From Polyangia bacterium (lineage in GTDB: Bacteria; Myxococcota_A; Polyangia; Fen-1088), in the NCBI GenBank assembly GCA_035546175.1, contig DASZWW010000467.1, positions 1-56,744 on the forward strand: 56,744 nucleotides of DNA. The letters run 5' to 3'. Below the pieces are notes generated by a model. That model ran no database searches. It saw only the letters and a program-made list of their open reading frames with translations, and was not told the DNA's origin. Shown one piece after another: positions 30,443-47,681 of the stretch (positions are counted from its first letter, which is position 1; each line of letters opens with the position of its first letter). Position numbers and translations under genes: made by a program.

Positions 30443-32995
30443 ATGGCGTCTTCCCACTCGCCCAACGGCGGCCGATATCACAATTGGGTCGCGGGGCGGC
30501 CGGTGCTCGTCCTCGTGCTGTCGCTCCTCGTGGGCGCCGCCGGCGCGTTTCTGGCCTCGAAGCTGAAGCTCAAGACGGCGTTCGCCGAGCTCTTGCCGAG
30601 CGACGACCCCGGCGTCGTCGCCCTCACCCGCACGCAGGCCCGCATGGGCGACCTGTCGCTGCTGCTCATCGGCGTGCGCTCGCCCGACCACGACGCGAAC
30701 CTGCGCTACGCCGAGGAGCTGACCAAGCGCCTGCGCGAGATGCCGCCGACCGTCGTGCAGCTCGCGACGTACAACGTGCGCGATCTCAAGCAGTTCTTCG
30801 AGAAGAACAAGTGGCTCTACGCCTCCGAGGACGACCTCGAGTCGATCCGCGACCGCCTGCGCACCGAGATCTCCAAGCGCAAGAACCCGCTCTTCGTCTC
30901 CCTGGGCGACGAGGAGCCGCTCGAGGACATGCAGAAGCGCATGGAGCACAAGGACGGGCTCGACGAGCGCTTCCCCGGCGGCGTCTTCGAGAGCAACCAC
31001 GGCGAGTACGTCTGGATCGCGGCCCTGCCGCCGGGCGGGCTCTTCGCGGACAACGCCGGCGAGGGGCTCTTCAAGGCGGCGCACAGGCTCCTCGAGGAGG
31101 TGCCGCCCGAGAGCTTCCACCCGAAGATGCGGGCCGAGGTCTCCGGGCCCATCGCGACGGCCATCGCCAGCCGCGAGGCCGTCGAGCGCGACATCCTGTG
31201 GGTCACGGTGACGTGCCTCGTCGTCGTGGCCCTCTCGATCGGGCTCTACTTCCGGCGCCTGCGCGCGATCCCCCTCACCGGCGTGCCGGCCATGATCGGC
31301 GCCATGGTGGCCTTCGGCGTGGCCGAGCTGGCCTTCGGTTACCTGAACTCGTCGACGGCGTTCCTCGGCTCGATCATCCTCGGCAACGGCATCAACTACG
31401 CGATCGTCGTCATGTCGCGCTACGAGGAGGAGCGCGCCCGCGGCGCCAGCACCGACGAGGCCCTGCGCGCCGCGCTGGCCGGCACGTGGCGCGGGACGCT
31501 CGTGGCGTCGATCTGCGCGTCGGCGGCGTACGCGTCGCTCATGGTGACGAGCTTCCGCGGCTTCTATCAGTTCGGCGTCATGGGCGCCGTCGGGGCGCTG
31601 TTCTGCTGGGCGGCGACCTACACGGCGCTGCCGGCGATGCTCGTGCTGCTCGATCGCCGCGAGAAGGGCCGCGACGTGCGGGGCCGCGCGCCGCTCGACC
31701 TCGGGCCGCTCGCGCGCCTGCTGGGCCGCCATGGCGCCACGGTGTCGGCCGTCATCGCGGTCCTCGCCGTGACGTCGCTCTACGGCCTCACGCACTTCCT
31801 CAAGGACCCCTTCGAGTACGACTTCCGCAAGCTCAACGCGAAGCTCAACACGACCGAGGAGGCGAAGGAGTTCGGCAAGAGCGTCGACAAGCTCTTCGGC
31901 CGCTGGCCGTCGCCCACGATCGTGCTCGCGGACTCGGTCGACGAGGTCGAGCCCATCAAGAAGACGATCCGCGCGCAGGACTTCGCGCAGGCCCAGCGGC
32001 AGCCCGACCCCAAGGCGCCCGGCGCCGAGGTCATCGGGCAGATCGTGACAATCTACGACCTCCTGCCCGGACCGCCCGACGTGCAGGAGCGGAAGCTCGC
32101 GCTCATCAAGGACATCGACAAGCTCAAGCACGACAAGGCGCTCTCGCTGCTCGACGACGACGAGAAGAAGAAGCTCGACAAGATCGATCCGCCGAGCGAC
32201 CTGCGCGAGCTCAAGCCCCTCGACCTGCCGCCCATCGCGCGCCGGCCGTTCACCGAGGTCGACGGCACCGTCGGGCGCGTGGTGCTCGTCTACCCGCCGG
32301 AGAAGGGGCTGTCGGTGTGGAGCGGGCGCGACCTCCTGCGCATCGCCTCGGTGCTCCAGTTCCTGCACCTGCCCGAAGGGAAGGTCGTCGAGACCTCGGG
32401 CTCGGCCGTCGTGTTCGGGGCGATGATCCGCTCCGTGCTCCACGACGGGCCCATCGCCACGACCGTCTCGCTGCTCGCCGTGCTCGTGCTCGTGCTCGCG
32501 ATGATCCGCCCCGTGCGCGCGGCGCTCGTGGCGGTCGCCATCCTGCTGCTCGGCGTGACGCTCATGGTGGGCAGCGCGGGCTGGGCGCGCGTCCACGTGA
32601 CGTTCCTGAACTTCATCGCCTTGCCCATCACCTTCGGCATCGGCGCCGAGTACGTGCTCAACGTCGTGACCCGCTACCGCGAGGAGCGGGACATCCTGCG
32701 CTCCGTCGTGTCGACGGGCGCCGCGGTCGCGCTGTGCTCCTGGACGACGATCGTCGGCTACGGTTCGCTGCTGGCGGCCCGCAACCAGGCGCTGCAGGGC
32801 TTCGGCGCCATGGCCATCCTCGGCGAGATCTCGTGCCTCTCGGCGGCCATCGTCGCCCTGCCCGCCTTCGTCATCTGGAGCCAGGGCCGGCGCGCCACGA
32901 ACGGGGCCTCGGGGCGGGCCCAGCCGGCGCCCGGCGCGCTCGGCGAGCCGCCCGTCGAGCCGAGCTCGCTCAGCGCCCCAAGCGCCAGCGAATGA
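30443..32995 (+). CDS. RND-superfamily exporter (COG1033 / MMPL / HpnN-like)
   Basis: ATG at 30443 (MASSHSPNGGRYHNWVAGRPVLVLVLSLLVGAAG). About 850 aa with two TM bundles separated by large soluble domains and the typical ELLPSDDP N-terminal loop. Divergent from the Omp85 gene. Confidence 0.85.
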   Translation: MASSHSPNGGRYHNWVAGRPVLVLVLSLLVGAAGAFLASKLKLKTAFAELLPSDDPGVVALTRTQARMGDLSLLLIGVRSPDHDANLRYAEELTKRLREMPPTVVQLATYNVRDLKQFFEKNKWLYASEDDLESIRDRLRTEISKRKNPLFVSLGDEEPLEDMQKRMEHKDGLDERFPGGVFESNHGEYVWIAALPPGGLFADNAGEGLFKAAHRLLEEVPPESFHPKMRAEVSGPIATAIASREAVERDILWVTVTCLVVVALSIGLYFRRLRAIPLTGVPAMIGAMVAFGVAELAFGYLNSSTAFLGSIILGNGINYAIVVMSRYEEERARGASTDEALRAALAGTWRGTLVASICASAAYASLMVTSFRGFYQFGVMGAVGALFCWAATYTALPAMLVLLDRREKGRDVRGRAPLDLGPLARLLGRHGATVSAVIAVLAVTSLYGLTHFLKDPFEYDFRKLNAKLNTTEEAKEFGKSVDKLFGRWPSPTIVLADSVDEVEPIKKTIRAQDFAQAQRQPDPKAPGAEVIGQIVTIYDLLPGPPDVQERKLALIKDIDKLKHDKALSLLDDDEKKKLDKIDPPSDLRELKPLDLPPIARRPFTEVDGTVGRVVLVYPPEKGLSVWSGRDLLRIASVLQFLHLPEGKVVETSGSAVVFGAMIRSVLHDGPIATTVSLLAVLVLVLAMIRPVRAALVAVAILLLGVTLMVGSAGWARVHVTFLNFIALPITFGIGAEYVLNVVTRYREERDILRSVVSTGAAVALCSWTTIVGYGSLLAARNQALQGFGAMAILGEISCLSAAIVALPAFVIWSQGRRATNGASGRAQPAPGALGEPPVEPSSLSAPSASE

Positions 32996-33203
32996 CCCCC
33001 GAGGTCATGAGGATCAGCAGGATCCCGAAGATGAAGTGGATGACGCCGAAGAGCAGGTGATTGCGGCGCGCCCGGGCGCGCGCGGGCGTCTCTTCGGCGA
33101 GCTCGCGGTCGGGGCGGCGCCGGCCGAGCACGAGCGCGCGCGCCGCGCCGAAGACGGCGAGGAACCCGCCGATGGCGTAGAAGAAGACGGGAGGGATGCT
33201 CAT
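32970..33203 (-). CDS. Small two-TM membrane protein (77 aa)
   Basis: ATG at 33203 within track ORF 32970..33758. MSIPPVFFYAIGGFLAVFGAARALVLG ... LLFGVIHFIFGILLILMTSGVI gives two hydrophobic helices around a basic loop. ATGA overlap with the rny stop. Confidence 0.6.
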   Translation of the reverse strand: MSIPPVFFYAIGGFLAVFGAARALVLGRRRPDRELAEETPARARARRNHLLFGVIHFIFGILLILMTSGVIRWRLGR

Positions 33204-34768
33204 CAGCCGGCGACCTCGGTGGCCTTGAACTCGCGGATCACGGTGACGCGAATCTGCCCCGGAAACCGCATCTCCTGCGAGATCTTTTTGGCGACGGCCG
33301 CCGACAGGTCGACGGCGCCCAGGTCGTCGACGCGGTCCTCCTGGACGTAGATGCGCACCTCGCGCCCGCCCTGGACGGCGTAGGCCTCGGTGATGCCGCG
33401 GAAGCCGCGCGTGATGCGCTCGAGGTCCTCGAGGCGCGAGGCGTAGCTCTCGTCGAGCTGACGGCGCGCCCCCGGCCGGGCGCCCGACATGGCGTCGGCG
33501 GCGGCCACGAGGTAGGCGTAGGGGCTGTTGAACGGCTCGTCGGTGTGGTGGGCGCCGATGGCGTTGGCGACGAGCTCGCTCTCGCCCAGCCGGCGCGCGT
33601 AGTCGGCGCCGATGACGGCGTGGGAGCCGTCGAGCTCGTGCGTGAGCGCCTTGCCGATGTCGTGCATGAGCGCGGCGCGGCGCGCGAGCTTGAGGTCGAG
33701 GTCGAGCTCCTCGGCCATCATGCCGCACAGGAAGCCCGCCTCGATGGCGTGCTTCCACTGGTTCTGCGTGTAGCTCGTGCGGTAGTTGAGGCGGCCCACG
33801 AGGCGCACGATCTCGGCGTGGGCGGGCGGGATCTCGAGCGCGCGGAAGGCGCGGCGCCCGAGGTCGTCGAGCTCGACCTCGAGCTGCTTGCTGATCTCAC
33901 GCGCGCCGCGCTCGACCTCGCCGACGTCGGCGCCGAGGCGCGGGTTGCGCAGGAGGCGCGCCAGGCAGCGGCGCGCGACCTCGCGCCCCACGCCGTCGAG
34001 CCCCTCGAGGCGGATCGCGTCGCGCGTCTCGACGAGCGACAGCGTCACGCCCGCGACGGCGCCGATCGCCTGCAGGTTCGCGTCGCCCGGGCCGGCGACC
34101 GCCTCGGGCGCGAGCCCCGGCGGCAGCGGGATGACGGCGTGGAGGCGCTCGGTGAGGTAATGCCCCGAGAACCGCCCGACGGCGATCCCCATGACGCGCT
34201 TCGCGTCGCGCGCGGCCTCGTCGACGGGCGCGTGATCGGCGGCGCGCACGGCCTGCGCGGCGTGCATGCGCGCGTCCTCGAGCTCGGCCTCGGCGAGCGC
34301 GCCGCGCGCCGCCTCCGCCGTCTCGCCGGCCTCGCGCTCGAGCGCCGCCCGCGCGCCGCGCTGGAGGTCTGCGACCTCCTCGCGGAGCCGCGCGGCCTCC
34401 GCCTCGAGCTCCACGGCGTGCTGCTTCTGCGCCTCGGCGCCCGCGCGCGCCGCCGCGAGCCGCTCGGCCGCCGCGGCGAGGTCCGCCTCGCGCCGGGCGA
34501 GGCGCCCCTCGATCGTCTGGAGCTCCGCCTCGCGCACCTGACAGAAGGACTCGAACGCCGACACGCGCCCGCGGCCCTCCTCGCGGCCCGCGATCTCGCC
34601 GGCGCGCAGCGTCTCCTTGCTCTCCTCGGCGCCGGCGGCGCGGATGGCGTCGGCGACGTGCCGCACGCCGGCCGACCACGCCTCCGCCTCGCGCAGCGCG
34701 ATCCGCTTGCCGAGCAGCACGCCCGCCGCGACGACGAAGAACAAGCCCATGACGGCCCCGAGCCACAT
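33203..34768 (-). CDS. rny: Ribonuclease Y
   Basis: 521 aa. N-terminal TM helix, coiled-coil region, KH domain and HD domain (LMHDIGKALTHE, GAHH). Confidence 0.95.
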   Translation of the reverse strand: MWLGAVMGLFFVVAAGVLLGKRIALREAEAWSAGVRHVADAIRAAGAEESKETLRAGEIAGREEGRGRVSAFESFCQVREAELQTIEGRLARREADLAAAAERLAAARAGAEAQKQHAVELEAEAARLREEVADLQRGARAALEREAGETAEAARGALAEAELEDARMHAAQAVRAADHAPVDEAARDAKRVMGIAVGRFSGHYLTERLHAVIPLPPGLAPEAVAGPGDANLQAIGAVAGVTLSLVETRDAIRLEGLDGVGREVARRCLARLLRNPRLGADVGEVERGAREISKQLEVELDDLGRRAFRALEIPPAHAEIVRLVGRLNYRTSYTQNQWKHAIEAGFLCGMMAEELDLDLKLARRAALMHDIGKALTHELDGSHAVIGADYARRLGESELVANAIGAHHTDEPFNSPYAYLVAAADAMSGARPGARRQLDESYASRLEDLERITRGFRGITEAYAVQGGREVRIYVQEDRVDDLGAVDLSAAVAKKISQEMRFPGQIRVTVIREFKATEVAG

Positions 34769-34797
34769 TCCCCGCCTACTTTAGCAAGGACGGCCGC

Positions 34798-35796
34798 TCA
34801 AGGGCACGTGTGGGGCTGCGCGGGCAGCGCGCAGGGGGTCATGGCGTCGGCGCAGCGGAGATCGCCGAGGCACTCGATGCCGAGCTCCTGGCACGGTCCG
34901 CCCGCGCCGGACAGGGCGACGCAGACGCCGCTCGCGCCGTCACAGGCGGCGAAGGCGACGCACGACTGGTCGGACACGCGGCAGGGCGCGCCCACGGGCA
35001 CGCGCGGCAGGCAGGTCTTCGACGTGGGGTCGCAGTACGTCGTGGGGTCGTCGCAGGGCGTGGCGAGGGAGAGGTCGCAGGCAGCGCCGGGCGCGGCGAG
35101 GGCCGCGCACGTCCCGTCGGGCAACGTCGACGAGGGGACGCACGCGAGGCCGCCGCCGCAGGCGCCGTCGCCGCAGGGCGCGCCGGCCGTCGCGGGCAGG
35201 GCCGTGCAGAGGGCCGACGCGGGGTCCTGCGCCTCGAAGGCGCAATACGCCGAGGGCTCGCAGAGCGGGGAGAGCGTCAGGAGAATGCCGGCGGCGTCGC
35301 CGCACGAGGCGCCCACGGGCTTGGGCTCGGGCGGGAGCGCGCACGAGCCGCCGCAGGCCACGCCGCCTCCGCGCGACGGATCGCACAGCGCGGGCGGGGC
35401 GCACTGCTCGTCGGCGCCGCAGGCGCCCCCGACGGGGACGCGGCCCCGGAAGGCGGCCTGGAAGCGCTGCCTCGAGCCCGTGCTGGCCGCGAGGCTGGTC
35501 GAGGCGGTGAGCCCGCAAGGCGTGGCCGTCACCCCGTCGACGAGGGCCTGGCCGCCCTGAGGGCTATAGGCGACCTTCCCCGAGGCGAGGTCCGCCGCGA
35601 GCTGCGCCGACACGGGTGAGCTTGTCGCGCCGAGGCAGGTGTCGAGGTCGGGCATGCGGCCGCAGCGCACCTCGCGCGCGCAGATCGCCTGGTGCCACTC
35701 GGCCTCGATCTGCGCCTGCGGGATCGCCGGGCCGCTCCCGCAGCCCGAGCACAGCAGAACGAACACGACGCCGAGACGACCCGCCTCCGAATGCAT
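34798..35796 (-). CDS. Cys-rich secreted lipoprotein
   Basis: ATG at 35796 (GAGGGGG 8 nt upstream; track GTG 35811). MHSEAGRLGVVFVLLCSGC lipobox, then about 40 Cys in repeated C-x-G-C / P-C-x-D contexts, typical of myxobacterial disulfide-rich repeat proteins. Confidence 0.75.
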   Translation of the reverse strand: MHSEAGRLGVVFVLLCSGCGSGPAIPQAQIEAEWHQAICAREVRCGRMPDLDTCLGATSSPVSAQLAADLASGKVAYSPQGGQALVDGVTATPCGLTASTSLAASTGSRQRFQAAFRGRVPVGGACGADEQCAPPALCDPSRGGGVACGGSCALPPEPKPVGASCGDAAGILLTLSPLCEPSAYCAFEAQDPASALCTALPATAGAPCGDGACGGGLACVPSSTLPDGTCAALAAPGAACDLSLATPCDDPTTYCDPTSKTCLPRVPVGAPCRVSDQSCVAFAACDGASGVCVALSGAGGPCQELGIECLGDLRCADAMTPCALPAQPHTCP

Positions 35797-35856
35797 GTCT
35801 TGCCCCCTCACCCGACCCTCTCCCGCGGACGGCAGAGGGAGACTCTGACTCGGCCT

Positions 35857-35896
35857 GGCCCAAACAGGGCGTTCAGCCCTGGCCCAAACAGGGCGT

Positions 35897-35904
<8 letters not shown>
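35857..35904 (-). repeat. Exact tandem duplication (2 x 24 nt), each copy forming a CAGGGC-UGAAC-GCCCUG hairpin followed by UUUGGG; spans the stop codon of the giant TPR gene
   Basis: 35857-35880 and 35881-35904 are identical (ggcccaaacagggcgttcagccct). The TGA at 35899..35897 lies in the loop of the gene-proximal hairpin. Possibly a weak double intrinsic terminator. Confidence 0.8.
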
Positions 35905-46396
<10,492 letters not shown>

Positions 46397-46516
46397 TGAG
46401 GTCCTCCAGATGTCGGATCGAATCCGGCGCTGACGCGCGACGAGACGAGTTACACGAACAACGAGCCGAACCGCTTCGCACCTAACCCTGCGAAACGGTA
46501 GAAAATCGGGAAGAAA

Positions 46517-46541
46517 TTTATATCACGCGCCATCGAGTCAA
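46517..46541 (-). promoter_or_regulatory. Candidate sigma-70-like promoter for the giant TPR gene (TTGACT ... TATAAA)
   Basis: On the minus strand, TTGACTcgatggcgcgtgaTATAAAttt lies in the lowest-GC part of the 374-nt intergenic. The spacer is only 13 nt for TATAAA (15 nt for TAAATT), so this is weak. Pattern only. Confidence 0.2.
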
Positions 46542-46711
46542 AAAACAGGAAAAGCGCGTCGATTCCACACACTTCCGCCGCCTACACACGCCCACAACGG
46601 GTCCCGCGCGGCCTTCCGCCCCGCGCGATCGCCCGCGCTAATTCTTAGAACCCCGCGCCCCGCCGCAAGGGCCCACGCACGCGCTCGTTCCGCGCGCCAG
46701 CGAGCCAGTCC

Positions 46712-46750
46712 CCAAAAACAAAAAAGGCGCGGCTCTCGCCGCGCCTTTTC
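46712..46750 (-). terminator. Rho-independent terminator downstream of the TPR-lipoprotein gene
   Basis: Minus strand GGCGCGGC-gaga-GCCGCGCC is a perfect 8-bp GC stem with a 4-nt loop. It is followed by TTTTTTGTTTTT and starts 25 nt after the TAG at 46771. Confidence 0.85.
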
Positions 46751-46770
46751 GCCGTCGAGGGCGGACCGGC

Positions 46771-47679
46771 CTACGGCCCGGACAGGGCGTACAGCTTGTC
46801 GTTGGCCGCCTTCACGTAGTTGCCGTCGGCCGACTTGCCGCCATTGGTGACGAACTTCTGGAGGTACTCGCGGGCCTTGTCCTTCTGGTCGTTCCCGTGG
46901 GCCTCGTCGTACCAGTCGGAGTAGGCCATGCCGGCGTTGTAGAGGGCGTCATAGAGCTCGGGGTCGAGGTCGATCGCCTTCTTGAACTCCGTCGTGGCCT
47001 GCTCGTACTGCTTGAGGTTCTTGAGCGCCAGCCCGTAGCCGTTGTGGCACTCGCCGTCGTCGTCCTTGGCCGTCACGCAGCCCTGGAAGACCTGGGCGGC
47101 CTCCTTGTTGAAGTCGTAGTCGAGGTACAGGTACCCGAGCGCGACGTACGACTTCGAGAAGCGCGGGTTCGCCTCGATGGCGCTGCGGAGCGCGTCGTCC
47201 GCCTCCTTCGGGTGGTCGAGCACCTTGCGCACGAGGCCGAGGCGCCACCAGGCCTTGAAGAGCTTCGGGTCGGCCGCCGTGGCCGCCGCGAACGCCTTCT
47301 CGGCCTGGTCCAGCTTCTTCTGCTCGAAGTACGCCTCGCCGAGGTCGTACTGGAAGTTGGCGTTGTTCGGCGAGTGCTGCACGGCCTGCTCGAACGACTC
47401 GATGGCCTTGTCCCACTTGCGCTGCTTCTGGAAGACCTTGCCGAGGTTGTAGTACGCGATGTCGTACGACGGATCGGTCTGGATCGATTGCTTGAGATCC
47501 TTCTCGGCCGAGTCGTAGAGGTTGTTCTTGAACTCGTCGGCTCCCTTGTTGGCGAGCTCGATGGCCTTGATGCGCTCCTGGCTGCAGACGAAGCCCTCGC
47601 AGGCCGGGAGGATGAAGGCGATCGACAGGACGACCGCCTGAGGATGAACGAGACGACGAGCCAACTTTGCCAGCTTCAT
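46771..47679 (-). CDS. TPR-repeat lipoprotein (302 aa)
   Basis: ATG at 47679 within track ORF 46771..49128. MKLAKLARRLVHPQAVVLSIAFILPAC (signal peptide plus Cys), then about 6 TPR units (AYYNLGKVFQKQRKWDKAIESFEQAVQHSPNN...). Lies 2 nt after the stop of the FHA/TonB-C gene. Confidence 0.85.
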   Translation of the reverse strand: MKLAKLARRLVHPQAVVLSIAFILPACEGFVCSQERIKAIELANKGADEFKNNLYDSAEKDLKQSIQTDPSYDIAYYNLGKVFQKQRKWDKAIESFEQAVQHSPNNANFQYDLGEAYFEQKKLDQAEKAFAAATAADPKLFKAWWRLGLVRKVLDHPKEADDALRSAIEANPRFSKSYVALGYLYLDYDFNKEAAQVFQGCVTAKDDDGECHNGYGLALKNLKQYEQATTEFKKAIDLDPELYDALYNAGMAYSDWYDEAHGNDQKDKAREYLQKFVTNGGKSADGNYVKAANDKLYALSGP

Positions 47680-47681
47680 GT

